From contig NC_045713.1 of assembly GCF_009834535.1 (NCBI RefSeq), forward strand, positions 21,700,001 through 21,764,000: a stretch of DNA of 64,000 nt. Reading direction: 5' to 3'. The stretch's first letter is position 1. Each line of letters opens with the position of its first letter. The notes under the pieces were generated by a model that saw only the letters and a program-made list of their open reading frames with translations, was not told where the DNA came from and ran no database searches. This document shows positions 12,961-26,360 of the stretch, one piece after another. A program made the position numbers and the translations under genes. Origin of the DNA: Camelus ferus. Its lineage: Eukaryota.

Positions 12961-15900
12961 TTAAAGTAACACAGACCCTGAAAGCAGACCAGCCTGAGCC
13001 CCCCGTGCAAAGGTCCAAGGGACCCCGTCAGCCAGCCTTGGCGCTCCCGCCGAAGGGCAGGGATGCTCCCTCCGGGGTCGGTCCCTTTCACCAGATGTAG
13101 ACTCCAGACACTTGTAGCGCAGGCCCCAGCTGTAGCCAGAAACCACCTCAGGCTTGTTAAGTGCAAATGTGGGTTCTTTCAAATGCTAATCGGATGCACA
13201 GGGGGCCCAGAAAGGAAACCACGTAACAGGCAAAGCCAAGACCTAAAAGGAGCTGGGAGAGGGAGAGGAGGGATGGGAGGGAGACAGGAAGCCTGGCACA
13301 CCCACCTCGGACAGAGGGCCTGCACACACTGTGCTTCGTCTGTGCGCTGCCTGGAGAGGGTGCGGTCCAGACCAGAGAGCGGAGGAGACAGCCACAGAGC
13401 CCCCAGCAGAGTCTGGTGACCAGTGTCCAGCTTGGGACAGGACTCTGCTGCACCCCAGGTGACTAGTGCAGCTGAACAGAACTGTGTCTACCCAGAGAGG
13501 ACTGTCAGCCCCAGGTGTCAGCGGGGGTGTCCACTCACCTGACTGGGCGCAGAGGAGCCAGACAGGTCCCTGCTACCTGAGCAGGTGCAGGAGCAGGGGC
13601 CACGGCAAACACGCCTCACTCTTTTCACACGTTAATGTCCTAGCCATACCTAGCACATTCAGCTCTGAGGGCCCGCCAGGCAGGCCCATCCTCACATCCT
13701 TACATAAATGACCTTATTCCAATAGGCCAGGCATCATTATTATCCCCAATTCTCAGAGGAGGAAACTGAGGCAGGTGATGTGACTCTGCCCCAAGCAGGT
13801 GGTAATGGAGCCGAGGTCCCACCAGGGGCCACACCCTCACCCCCCGGGGCCCTTCTGCCTCCTTATTCACTTATTCCCAGACCAGCTCTGCCCTTTCCAG
13901 AATGTGCAACCCTAGAGCCACTGGCAGGACAGGACAAGTCAGGCGTCCTCAACAGGGATGAGAGCCACAGGGTGGGCAGCAGCAGCAGGCAGGGCTGGGA
14001 GGGGTTACAAGTGAGGCTGCAGAGCTGAGTGGACTTGGGGGCACAGGCATGAACTCACTTTCAATATAAGTGGCTACAGACACAAGCGCACAAACAAATG
14101 TGTGTGTTCACATTCACGAGTTCCTTAGCTCCATCCTCCAAGAGCACCTAGAATACCTTCCAAATCGTACCACCCGCTGAAAGGCACCAGGCTCTGCAGA
14201 GAAGCCATGTCCAGGGCTGGGCACGGACAACAGAGCCTGAACATCTTCAGTCCCGGAAGAAAGGACAGAACCACAAATGAGGGGCACCCACAGGCCAAGG
14301 CCCATACTCTAGAGCATGAACATGAAATGGGAAATGAATGAACGAATGAATGAAGAGTCTGATGAAGAGCAAGACTTTTAGTTTCAAGGTTCCCAAGGGG
14401 CAAGAGGCCTTGAGGTCACGGTGCTGATTGAGCCATCACAGTGAACATGGCCAGAAACAGACCCCGTGGAAACCATGCCCTCCCAAAAGGCTGTGCCAGG
14501 CAGCAATCCTGCACAGATGCACACGTGTAAACCATCTGTCATAAAGCAACATCAGACAGATCAAGTCTGGGTCCCCCACAAGGCCAGGGCCCTCGTCTTC
14601 AAAAGCTGATGGTCACTGAGTCCAGACGGACGGGAGGGAGATGTTCCCATGTTGGCCTGGTCCTCCAGGGCCCACCACGTGTCCTCGACTTGTATGGTGT
14701 CCCTTAGATGGGCTTGGAGCAAGCCGACTTGTCATAGTGTCTCCCCTTCCCAAAAGGATCCCACTGCATGGATCAACTTCTATGTTTAGTTTGTTTTGGT
14801 TTTTCCCCTAAGAACTTGTGACCCTCCCTTGGCACAGAGACCAGCCCCAGAATCCAGGGGGCCTGACCCCAAGGGAGGACCTCAGGGACTTAGGACTCCA
14901 GGCAAGAGCTGGACTCTCAGAGGGCCGGCATGGGATGTCAGCAGTCGGGGGAACAACCAAGGGGCCGATGTGCAGCCAGAGCAGCGGCTTGGGGCTGGGG
15001 CCGGGGTCAGCTCCCTGGAAGAAGGCCCTTCCTCTGTCCTCGGCCATCGGTCCTGCCCCAAATGGGTGCCCCTTGTGGTGTTTTCTAGGAAGCCATTTCT
15101 CCATTCTCCAGCTGGGCCTCCATGGCATCGAAAGGTCACCGGGACCCCTGAGGCACCAGCACCCTCATTGTGGCCAGAGGAAGCAACAAGGGACCTGGTA
15201 GTGCTTTCCCGGCCAGTGACAATGAAACCACACCACCCCTAAAACCCGAAGGTGCGCGCAGCCTGCAGCCTGTGGGGACTGACCCTGCGCGGTTCTGGCA
15301 GGGCTCCAGGCTGTGGCTCCTCCTCCGGAGCGCGCGCCCCAGGCCCGTCCTGCCCGCTCCCGCAGCTGCCTGGCGCGAGCTCCCCTCTTCTCTTCTGTGT
15401 GTTTTCTCTGGAGCCCGACCTGTGGGCTTTTCTGAATCTCTTTGAGATAAAAATCAAAGACGAATCTTTAAAGGCCATCACCAAAAACCACAGAATAGCT
15501 GGAATTAAATAAAAATAAAGCTGTGGTTTTCCTCTCAGGAACTTCCTGCTTGTCTGAAATGCACTGAGTCAGCAGCACCTCAGAGCCCAGACAGAGGTTC
15601 CCAGGGCTGAGGCCTGGGATGGGGCATCCCAGCAGGTGTCTGGTCACCCTGTCCCAGCGTGCATCAAGGGGGTGGACAGTGGCCAGACCTGCTGGCCTAA
15701 TATCGACGCACATATGTATGCAGTCCAAGCAGTGGGCTGAGTGTCCCCATATTCACTGTGATCTGTGCCCTGTCTGTTCAGTGTTCTCTTATGAGATGGT
15801 TGGTCAGGTGCGGCCACAGTAGAGACAGAGGAACAGCTTGGGCCACAAAGCCAGGGCCACTTGGAAGCACCCGGGTGGAAGCAGGAGAGGGGAGGCCAGG

Positions 15901-16079
15901 CAGAGCCTTTATTGGGGCCAGGGGCACAGGGGCTGCCCCAGCTGATTAGTCCCTGGCCCCAGGTGACTTAGGACAAGAGGAATACTGGCACAGAGTATGA
16001 GGAGTGGACAAGGAGGTGGTGTGGGGTCTGGAAGCACAGGTTTTTATGATGTCAAAGCATTAAAAGATACAGAAAATTG

Positions 16080-16470
16080 TATAACATGATGAATACAACC
16101 TGAACATCAGATTATGACATTATTTGGAAATGGGGTCCCTGCAGATATAAATAAGTGAAGGATCTTTGAGATGAGATCATCCTGGATCAGGGTAGCCCTA
16201 AATCTAATGACTGTCCTTACAGGAAATGGAAGAGGAGAGACAAAGAGGAGAAGCCTGATGAAGGTGGACGCAGAGGCTGGAGTGACACAGCCACAGCCCA
16301 GGACACCTGACGCCCCAGGAGCTGACCGAGCCCAGAAGGATCCTCCCTGGAGCCTCTGAAGGAGGCGTGGCCCTGAGACACCTCCTCTGACCCCGGCTCC
16401 AGGCTGTGAGACAGTCAGTGTCAGCTCAGGCCCCCACTTTGTGGCCATTTGTTGTGGCGGCCATGGGACA
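16080..16470 (+). mobile_element. MLT1 (MaLR) solo LTR
   Basis: ATTTGGAAATGGGGTCCCTGCAGAT...AAGGATCTTTGAGATGAGATCATCCTGGAT; ends CATTTGTTGTGGCGGCCATGGGACACTAATTCA. Confidence 0.85.
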
Positions 16471-16699
16471 CTAATTCAGTCAGGTTCTGGATTTCGGCCT
16501 TGAATGGCCCAGACAGATACCCTCGTGCTGTTTCAGCCGCACAGTGGTTGCAGGTGGCACCCTTGGCGAAGTAGCTTATCCTCCTGCTCCTCCTTCTCAA
16601 CGAGGCTCCGCACGGACACCCAGGGCCCAGCAGGCCCACCCAGCAGGTGGTCGCAAGGCCGAGAGATTCCCAACCCAGCATTCACGACAGACATCAGAC

Positions 16700-17050
16700 C
16701 AGTGCAACACGGTCCATCCACGCAGCAGGACATGACTCAGCCTCGGGAAGGACGGAGACTCTGACACCTGCTGCAGTGTGGAGGAAGCCGGAGGGCGTGG
16801 TGCTCGGTGGGAGAAGCCAGACAGAGGAAGACAGAAGGACAGACAGCATGTGAGTCGTCTCTCTCGAGGACCAGACAGAAAGTGGGAGGTAGGTTGAGCA
16901 TGGGGTGTGACAGCTAATGGACTCAGGGTTTCATTCGGGGAATGCTCCAGAACCAGAGTGGTGGTTCACAACATTGTGAACGTGCCAAATGCTGATGAAC
17001 TGTTCACTTCAAAATGGTTGTTGTGTCTCACAGGGCTCTCACCTCAAAAA
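16700..17050 (+). mobile_element. L1M 3' end fragment
   Basis: CACAACATTGTGAACGTGCCAAATGC..TGAACTGTTCACTTCAAAATGGTT. Confidence 0.7.
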
Positions 17051-17759
17051 TGAGAGGTCGCAGGCCCCTGGGCTTGGCTAAACAGGATGTCCCCAGGACG
17101 GAGGGCGGTTCTGGGATGCAGCCCCTCGGATCACACACCGGCAGCCCCTCCCTCCCGGTCCATGTGACTCTCCTGAGCTTCTCCCACCAGATTCCTCAGA
17201 TCCCTTGCAGCCCCCACACCCCTTCTCAGCCCAGGCTGTGCTGAGCCCTATGGCCTCCTCTTATTTCCTCAGGCTCCCCCACCACATGCCCCAACTGACA
17301 CCCCCACATGACAGACACCTGTCCAAGAAGCCAAGAGGACGACCCCCAAATGAACAACAGCCCCACACTCACACCTGCCTCAGAGCACTCGGAGGGGCCT
17401 GGCCTGGCCTTGCCCAGCCCAATGACAGGAAGCACCAGCACTTTCAGGCACAAAGACAGGCCTCAGGCCCAGTCCCACACAAGGCCCCCGCCCCCCAGCC
17501 TCGGGCTGGAAGGTGAGCTCGGGCCCGCTGCACCCTAACAGCCTTGGGCAACTGGATCCACCTGATAAAGGCCTCGCGCCGGCAGAGTTCTGCTCCTGCA
17601 CCAGGACAGAACCTGGGCCCCTGCGCCCCTGCAGCTGCGCTCAGCACACAGCGTGTCTGGCTCTGCCAGGAAACCAGGTCCTGGGTGCTTCTAGAAAGGC
17701 AGTGAGAGCAGCTGTTCCCATCTCCACAGCCTGAGCACCCCTCCCAGGTGAGCAGTCTA

Positions 17760-18095
17760 TCCATCCACAAGGGCAGTGACTCAGCCACAAAAAGGAAGGA
17801 CACACACAATCACAGAGATGCACCTCAAAAACCTGATGCTGAGTGAGAGAAGCCACGTGGTGTGTGACTCTGCATGACCATCCAGAACCAGCTGGTCCGC
17901 AAGAGCGAGAGCAGAGGAGCGGGTGCCTGAGCGGGGGGTAGGGAGGAGACGCTCATGAGGACAGGTTTCCCTGAGGGATGAGAATGTTCTGGAACCAGAC
18001 AGAGGTGGTGGTTGCACATCCCTGAATGCACCAAATGCCTCAAATTGTTGAATCTAAAATGGTTAACTTCACATGACATGCATTTCATCTCAATT
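17760..18095 (+). mobile_element. L1M 3' end fragment
   Basis: GATGCACCTCAAAAACCTGATGCTGAGTGAGAGAAGCCA; GAGAATGTTCTGGAAC..GGTGGTGGTTGCACA. Confidence 0.7.
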
Positions 18096-19861
18096 TTAAA
18101 AAGAGAAAAGAAACCGGTAAAAACCAGTGGCAGGGAGAACTGGGGCAGAACAGGCTGGTGAGTCTCACGTCCCGCTGTCACTGTCACAGGGGAAGGTGAG
18201 CAGGGTTCTCAGCCCTGTAGGCCACTCAGCACAATCAGGACGGGCGGCTTCGTTTTCCCTGTGAGGCCGTGAGTCCAAAACTTCCCCACACGTGTGTGCA
18301 CATGCGTATGTGCTTGCACTGTTACATCCATGTGAGTGTGTATGCATGTATGTGTTCCAAGAAGACGGGTTCTATCCAAGAGAAATATCATGTGAGCTAC
18401 AGATGTAACTGCACATTTTCTAGCAGCCACACACATTCACAAAATAAAAGGGAACAGATGAAATTAATCTAGATAACGCATTTAACCTGACAGATATACC
18501 ACATTCCCCCTTTGCCGTGGACTAATGTACGAGTTATTAATCCGTCATTCTGTGTCGTTTTTGCATCTGGTGTGCATTTCACACTCAGAGCACCTCAGTC
18601 TGGGCTGAGCAATTCCAGGGCTCAGTGGCTGAGTATGGCTGGCTGGGGCACCGGGAAGCTCTTCGTCTCTGCTCGATGCTGTGTAACCAGCACTGGTAGG
18701 GGAGGGTGGAAGCAGGAACAAACCACCAACAAAACAGCCCACAGCCCCGCTGGCCCCGTGGGTGATGACAAGGCGAAAAATAGAACGCCTGTCCTAATGG
18801 CTGCTGTGACCAGACACTGGCTCTGAAGTCTCATTCAGAGCCTGAGGGGCAGCCGGCAGCCACCCCTCACCTGCAGGGGTCCTCAGTGCATGGCCCCCCT
18901 CCGCCTCTGGGGCTTCACCAGTGTCCCCTGAATCCGAGGTCCCAAAAATGTTCCAAGGGATTTGGGCGACATCATCCTGAAACAGCATCGCGAAACCAAT
19001 AAAACTGTCTGTTAACCTTTCCTGTCAGCTGCCAAGAGAGCACCTTTGGGACGTTAAAATTCGGTATGGGGTGGGGGTGGAAGGAACACTTTTCAGTGGG
19101 GGCTGTAAGCCTGCCAAGACTAGCACTGCAGAAGGAGACAGGCTCGGGAGAAGTGGGAGGTTTTCACCTGGGGAAGCCTGCCGTTTATGACCGGGTCCTT
19201 CTGACCATGCGCGCCCAACCTGCAGGTTCCTCTCAGGCTCCGCGGAACACGCACTTGGTCTGCCCACTTCTGAATACAGCACAAACAATCCCCTTCCCTG
19301 CAAACGGATCTATCTTTCCCACACGATCAATTTAAGATGCTGGGACACGTGAGGGCAAGGCAGTCTGAAATCTGCTCAAGGGCTCTGCTGGATTCCACGT
19401 GGAAGACAGAGAGAGACACAGAGGTATATAGAGACGGACTGCCAAGAATAGATTTGTTATCCTAATGACTGCAATCTTTAACAGCAATCACATGCACCTA
19501 GTGGCGAGCAACAGAACTGCAGGAATACAGGTGAAATGGAGAATCAGCTCTAAAGCCGTCTTGTGTTTATCACAAAAATTTCACACACACTTGTCTCTCT
19601 CCACCTTGAAGATCACTCTTAGAATCTATATCCCACATAGCCTTACCAGCCAAGATTTTGTCACACTTTCTGATTCACAGTTAGTGTGAAATAAAAATGT
19701 TTTATTTTTATAAAAATTTTCCAAATGCTAACCATAATGTAAAATTTAGTGTGATTTTTTTTCAGCCTATATCGTCTCAAAATCCTGACAGAGCCTCCCA
19801 GAAATGGGGCAGGGTATCCATCGGAAAATCACTCTTCTGGTAAACTGACTAAACGCACATG

Positions 19862-19952
19862 AAAAATACGGAACACTTCACGCATTTGCGTGTCATCCTT
19901 GCTAATCTCTGTACTGGTCCAGTTTTAGTGCACGTGCTGCTGAAGCAAACTC
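19862..19952 (-). pseudogene. RNU6: U6 snRNA pseudogene with two internal deletions
   Basis: Minus strand reads GAGTTTGCTTCAGCAGCACGTGCACTAAAACTGGACCAGTACAGAGATTAGCAAGGATGACACGCAAATGCGTGAAGTGTTCCGTATTTTT. It is colinear with U6 except for 3-nt and 13-nt deletions. No PSE or TATA box was recognised upstream. Confidence 0.93.
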
Positions 19953-20729
19953 TACTGTACTTTGATGAGAAGGCAGAGGGTTACTTCTGAGAAGGAGGAG
20001 AACTTGGAGAGAAAAAAAGAGACAGACGAGGACTCGGATTAGTGCAGCAAAATATTCTACCAGCAACAGCTACAAAGTTCTAACAACTAACAAGCTTTAC
20101 AGAAGAGAAGAAAGATACCACACACACACCCCCAGTGCAGAGTCCAAGGCCCAAAACTGCCCCAGGCTCGCAGAGATTGAAGCAAAAAAAGATCACTCGT
20201 GAAACAAAAGCAGAAAAGCTCAGAGGCAGCTGCGGACACCAGTGTTTTTAACGAACAAACATCCGCAGGCACCTGTTTGCTGGGAACCAAGAGAGAAAAG
20301 CAAAGACTTTAGAAAAAAGCAGGGGGTGAGGGGTGGGCCATGGGGACTAAAAGGCATCTAATTTTATCTGGCTTCTTTCCAACGATAAAATCTAATCCAT
20401 CATTTTCTCCGGGTGAAAGCTCTTAATGAAAATTTAAAGTGTGCGACTGAAATTTAGAATTCTCCAGGGATTCTGCTAGGAAGATGTCTAACAGCCGCAT
20501 AAAACTCATCGCTGCTGAACCTGCCAAGGGAAGGGACTGTGTGGGAAGCCGTGGGGCTAGAACGTGGCTCCCAGACCTCAGTGCCCCTCGCCATCACAGC
20601 AAAGACCCTCCTCCTGCTGGGGAGGACAGGGTGTCTCCTCTCAGACCCGTTTACAGCTCTCAGCTCATGAAACCCTGTGGGAAGGGCTAGATGGAGAGAG
20701 GCTGCCTCTCAGTGCCACACAGCCACCCG

Positions 20730-21530
20730 TAACACCGTCCCCCACCACTGTCCTCACCCAGGCTGACGGGGAGGTGCCTCATTGGTCTCCCTGGTGCAAC
20801 CATCACCCTTCCCAGTTCTAGACATTTCCATCACCCCAAAATGAAACCCCGTGCCCATCAGCAGTCCCTCTCCACCCGACCCCTGGCCCTGGTACCCACT
20901 GATCTGCTTTCTGTCTCTGGATTTGCCTGTTTTAGACGTTTCATACAAGTGGACTCATGTCAGGTATGTGGCCCTTTGTGTCTGGCCTCTTTCACTCAGA
21001 ATAATGGTTGCAAGGTCCATCCAGGCTGTAGCATATCAGCACTTCATTCCTTTCTAGGGCTGGAGGATACCCCACTGTATGGACGGATCACATTCTGTTT
21101 ATCCATCATCTTTCAATGGACACTTGGGCTGTTTCCACCCTAGGCTGCTGTGACTGTGACTGTGCTGGAATGAACATGGGCGGGCAGGTGCCCATCTTCG
21201 ATTCTCCTGGGTGTATACCCAGGAGCGGAGTTGCTTGGTCTTGTTGTTGCTCTGGGCTTAACCTGCTGAGGAACCGCAGACTGTTCTCCATGGTGGTTGC
21301 ATCGTTTTATGTCCCCACCAGCCACGCACAAGGCTTCCAGTTTCTCCACGTCCTCGCCAGCACCTGTTGTTTTGCATTTTCATTGTTATAATCACCAGGG
21401 TAGGGGTGAGTGGTGCCTGTGGTGGTTCTGACTTGCATTTTGAAGAGCATCTTTTCAGGTGCTTGCTGGCCATCTACCCATCTTCTCTGGGGAAATGTCT
21501 GTTTGTGCATTTCTAATTGGGTTGTTTGTC
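20730..21530 (-). mobile_element. L1M 3' end fragment (antisense)
   Basis: TTCTAGACATTTCCATCACCCCAAA; GGTCCATCCAGGCTGTAGCATATCAGCACTTCATTCCTTT; TTGCATTTTCATTGTTAT. Confidence 0.8.
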
Positions 21531-23073
21531 TTTCTCCTGTTTCCACTGGTCTTTCTTTAGCCCACTGTGTAAGGAGGGCCCTGGGCGTATGGGGTCCTAG
21601 TGTTCACCTCAGGCTCTCAGGGCTCTCCAGCATGCCCCGCCCAGCTCCCAGGCTATGACTTTAGGTAGATTTTTGGAAACAGGGGAACGGGTGATCTCAG
21701 CCTTTTAATGACCTCCTGGGTGTTTCCTTGTTAAGGCTCTTTGATCAGAGGACATTTTCATCCAGTATATTTTATTTTCTCCTGGGAAGAACTTGATCCC
21801 AATTATCCCAGAGGATAAGGAACAGCCCAGAGGCCAGGCCGACACCTCAAGCTGTGTGCATGGTAAGATAGCAGCCAGGGCTTCCACACCATTGAAATGC
21901 AAGTGCACTGCAACCTCAAATCCTGGAGAGAGTCAGAAGGACCAAAGTTCGTCTAAAAAAGCCAGATGATGCATTGCAATACCAAATGTCACTCTTAAGC
22001 TTAAAACAGTGGCAAATATCACACGTAAAGATGTCTTCTACTGCTTCAGAGTTGTGCCACCACGTCCATCCCCTGCACAGTGGGCTCAGTAGCCCCCTAA
22101 TTTTCTGCCTTTGATAAAGCGGCAATAGATTCGTTTACAAAAGCAGGGCCCATGTAATTCTCACCAGATGTGTTCTAAGCACATGCAATGCTAGGGAGCC
22201 GTGTTAAAAGCATTTTGCATCTTAACTCTAAGTTCTACAGTGTCTCTCCCTGAACAACCAGCACAATTTAAAGGAGCTACCCAAAATTCAGAAACTATGC
22301 TCTTCTGTATCTACAGGAAAACAGGGGTATGACTTCTTACACTTGCAACCTGAAAACAAGGTTTCTAATGATAAACATTCTAAGTCATTTCAGCAAACCT
22401 CTGCCCACCACATCTGCCCCTGGTTATGGGGAGGCATGCAGGAGGACAGACACACGTCTGCAGTATGCAGGTTGCTCCAGCTCCTCCTGAGGTCAGAGGT
22501 TCACCAGAGCTGGCCAAGCCCCAGTGGCTCCTGCTGGCCCAGGCAAGGGACCCGATGGACTCATGGTTCTCTGAGCGCCAAGGAGATGGCAAGTTTGGGT
22601 GTGGTGATGGCATGCAGTAAATTCCTCTGGTTTCCTACGTGAGACATCTTGAACCCAATTTAAACCAAACAGGAAAAAAACTAAGAAGTTTTTTTTCCCA
22701 ACTTTCCGATATGTGTAGCCCCCCAAGACCACAAGGAATCACCCGCCCTGCAGAAGGCCCGCCCCTCCCTTCTCCACAGCCTCTGCCTGCCTTCACTAGG
22801 ACCTCTTTTCTCACTCACTGTCACTACCTGACAGTGTTTTGTTTCTGATGAAAAGCCATCATTTGTCTGCTGAGGGGATCAATCTTGATCTTCTCGCTCA
22901 TTCTGGTGAGTTTTGCCAGCGTGGTGTCACATTTAAGACGAGTAGGGACAGAGGGCGGGTGTAGGGGTCCTCAGTCCCACCTCCCGACCCCCACATCCCC
23001 ATGCCCCCTCCACCCCCATTGCCTCACCCCATCTTCATATCTGGCTAAGTTAGGGAGCCTCTGTGGTGGAGGC

Positions 23074-23615
23074 TGTAGGGGAAGAAATACCTTTTCCTCT
23101 ACCCTCTTAAGTTCAGTCACTGGGGCGTGTGGACTGACAACAGATTAATAGAAGGAAAAAGTCCACTTGCATGCACATGGGAGCCAAGAAAAGTAGCTGG
23201 CTCAGTAAATGGTTTCAATTTGATGCTTATCTACCTAGCTTTATAGGGAAAAGAGAGTCAAGAAAAAAGCCTTCTTATAGGAAAAACAAATAAATCTCTT
23301 TAGATAAGACAAATGGGTTGTAGGAGAATAATCCACACATAAGGAAGTTGGTGATAATGTCTACACAGGTCTGAGTGGTCTTTCCATCTCCTTCAGGGCC
23401 ATAAACGTCTCCCCTCCCCAGATGGGATTTGGGGTAGGCTGTACTCGAAGTATCCCCTTTGGAAGTGGACCTGCCCTACTGAAGGAATTTACGGCAGCCC
23501 TATTTCCCAGAAGTTGCTTTTAGTCAGATGAGGAAAGCTCCAAAAAGGCTTCTTTCTGCATCTGTTGATTCTCAACTGCCTTCGGCTTCATGCCAAGGTG
23601 GTATATTTTGGTGAC
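23074..23615 (-). mobile_element. ERV1-class solo LTR-like element
   Basis: TGTAGGGGAAGAAATA..TTCCTCTACCCTCTTAAGTTCAGTCACTGGGGC..ACAGATTAATAGAAGGAAAA and TTCTCAACTGCCTTC..ATGCCAAGGTGGTATATTTTGG resemble eutherian ERV1 LTRs. The subfamily cannot be determined by eye. Confidence 0.6.
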
Positions 23616-24149
23616 CTGGGTCAGCGTGAGTTGCTACTGTGTGGGCTGTATCTGCTCTTTCCTCTAAGACCAGGCCCAGCAGATCTTTTAAGGGCTATTC
23701 GATCTCCCAAGAGAGAGTGACTGAAATACCCAGTGAAGAAGGAACCAACAGGAGAGTGCGGCCCCTGTGGCAGCCTGGGAGCCCACCCACTGTGGAGAAG
23801 TGAAACTGTGGTTGTGTTTAGGGCATCTGATGAATTCTTGTGACAATTACAAAAGGCAAGATTTCTGTCCTAATACATCAGTTTTTCCCACTTGGAATAA
23901 GATGAATAAATCCCCCTCCCCTTCCAAAAACTACAGGGACAAGCATTCTTAAATCCCTACAAGAGACATGTGCTTGGAAATGTCTGAGAACCAAATATTT
24001 TGTCAATTCAATATGTACTACAGCACCAGAAAGAACCAAGCAGTGAGTACTTTCATAATTCAAGTCATTCTCTAAATTATGTTTTGACATTTAATGAGTT
24101 TACACACATCTTGTTTGTTTTTATGTACTACATTTCTTCATATGTTTTT

Positions 24150-24360
24150 TCCTAATATCATCACCACCACCATCATCTTGGGCCACCACTTACCTGGCAC
24201 TAATCATTGGCCCTTTCCATGTATTAATTTATCTAACCCTCACACCCGGTGGGTTAATCCCTGTTTGCAAGTGAAGAAACCAGGGCACAGAGAAGCTGAA
24301 GCCACACAGCTGGGAAGGGACACCACCAGAGTGTGAACCCTAGTGGTCTGGCTCCAAAAT
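24150..24360 (+). mobile_element. MIR SINE fragment
   Basis: CCTGTTTGCAAGTGAAGAAACCAGGGCACAGAGAAGCTGAAG..GTGTGAACCCTAGTGGTCTGGCTCCAAA. Confidence 0.65.
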
Positions 24361-25959
24361 AAGGTGGGTCCCTGAAATACCAGACCATTCATGAACCCAG
24401 CTCCCAGGGCACAGAGGATCATGGGTGCACAGTCAGCAGGGAGCCCTCCTGCTTTCCTTTCTCTTACCTCCATTTCTTACACAGAGAGCTCTGAGCTCTC
24501 AGGCAGTGAAATGGGGTGGCTTGTGTTGTACACAACAAAAGCGCTTCTGATCCGCCATTAAGGAGGGAGAAAAGAGGCATCTGGATGTTGAAACGGGAAG
24601 GTCTGGCTGTTCATCCACGGCTGAAACAATCCAGACAAGCCCAACTCAACATTTGGTTTCCTTTTCTGAAGACAAACAACAAAAGTTCAGTTTTAGGGGG
24701 TAGGGCTGGTTCTGTTTCTGCTTTAACTGCTAGTGGATTCCTCAGCTGGGGAGGCTGTTGGGCAGGGGGTGTACACAGGTGAAGGGTCTGGAAGAAACTG
24801 TGAGCCAACAGAAATGAAGGGCCAGGAAACTGTCTCCCAAAGGCAGCAAGTACCTCTGCAGCAACATCCTGCTGCCCAGAAGGGCTGCCTCGGCAGGTCC
24901 TGCAGATGGGAAGACTGCCCATCAGCTGTGTCTGAGAGACAACAGGAAACGGGGGCTTGTTAAGAATATCTATGAAAAGCCAGGAGCCTCAATCCTCACT
25001 CGGTAAGGACATGTCAGCAGAGAATGGAACCAAACACACTTTTTCTAAGAAGGAAACAGGCTTTTCCACAAACCAGTTGTCACCAGGACAATGAGGAGTG
25101 AGATCCAGATGGCCATGGGGTTCCAGGCTGCTCTCATCCCAAGCACTGGGAAGGTGATGGGGACAGCCTGGAGTGGACCCCTACTCCCAGTCCAGCCCGA
25201 ACCACTCAGCCCAGAGTATCCCCCAACCCCTATGGTCACCACCTTGTCCGTGTGCACACTCATGCTCCCCATCTCCCTCCCACCTGTCCCTGTGGAGCCT
25301 GGCCCTCAGCAAGAGTCAGTGGCCCATGACCAGTACAATCGGGGTCCACAAAACTTCACGTGGATCCTCAGGGGTAAAGCAGATGAAAACAGTGCCTCGA
25401 GTCACCGGGAAAACCCCAAGGCCAGAGTGAAGCCTCCCAGAAAAGCCAAAGAGGGATGCCGGGGAGGTGGCAGACTGAACACACAATCCCATTAGCTTAC
25501 CCAAGAGCAAGCCCAGCGTGGAGACAGCAGGTTGGCTGGGCTAGGGGTGCCCACTGGATCCCAGGAACCATGGGCTGAGCTGGGAGGACAGATGCTCCCT
25601 GGACAGAGTCCAGCCACAGGGACCAGAGAGCCCTTCACCAAAGCAGAGCCTCCGCTCCCCCTGAGACAAGGCCTCAGTCCATGAAAGGCTGCAGGGCTCC
25701 CCGACAGGTGCTGCCACCAGGTGTTCCCAGCCAGATCTTCCTACCAGATGCTCACCCCAGGTGCTCGAGGGTGTCAGGTCTTGCTTTGTTGTTGCTGCTC
25801 CTATGACATGTGTGCTCTCCTGGCCCAGGGATGCTGTCCTCTCATGTCCCTTCCCTCCCTCCCTCTCCCTTCAAGGAGGACAGGAAGGACCCTGTTCTGT
25901 GCCTCCAGTCCCTCTCAGTCTCCGGGGAGGGAAGAAGGATATACAGAAAGATCATGGTC

Positions 25960-26360
25960 CAAAGCAGCCACCATTTTCCTGTCTAACCATGAGAAAAACA
26001 TCCAGCAAACACCAGCTGAGGGGCATCCTGCAAAATCCCTGACCAGTACACCTCAGAATGATTAAGGCCTTGAAAACTCCATGAAGTCCAAGACCCTGTC
26101 CCAGAGAAGCCCGGGAAACATGAGGACCACACATCACAGGGGTCTGGGGCAGGAAGAGGACTCTGGATAGAACACCGATATTAGTTAACACAGGGTCAAA
26201 ATCAGTTCATAATTGTGATGAGTGCACCTCACCAAAGTAGAGGTCACTGACAGGGATGCGCAGGGCAGGAAAGCACAGAGCAATTCAGTGTTTTCTGCTT
26301 GGTTTTTCTATAAACCTAATACTACTCTAAAAAAGTTAAAGTCTATTAATTATTTATTTA
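25960..26360 (+). mobile_element. L1MC-type 3' end fragment
   Basis: CATCAGCAAACACCAGCTGAGGGGCATCCTGCAAAAT-like text; ends TTCTATAAACCTAATACTACTCTAAAAAAGTTAAAGTCTATT. Confidence 0.65.

Noticed and set aside
19862-19952. Functional U6 snRNA gene
   Set aside because: The internal stem-loop is partly deleted, there are many substitutions, and no upstream type-3 Pol III promoter is recognisable.
21690-22140. Processed pseudogene in an AT-richer block
   Set aside because: No recognisable protein in any frame and no poly(A) or target-site duplication; probably an unclassified old repeat.
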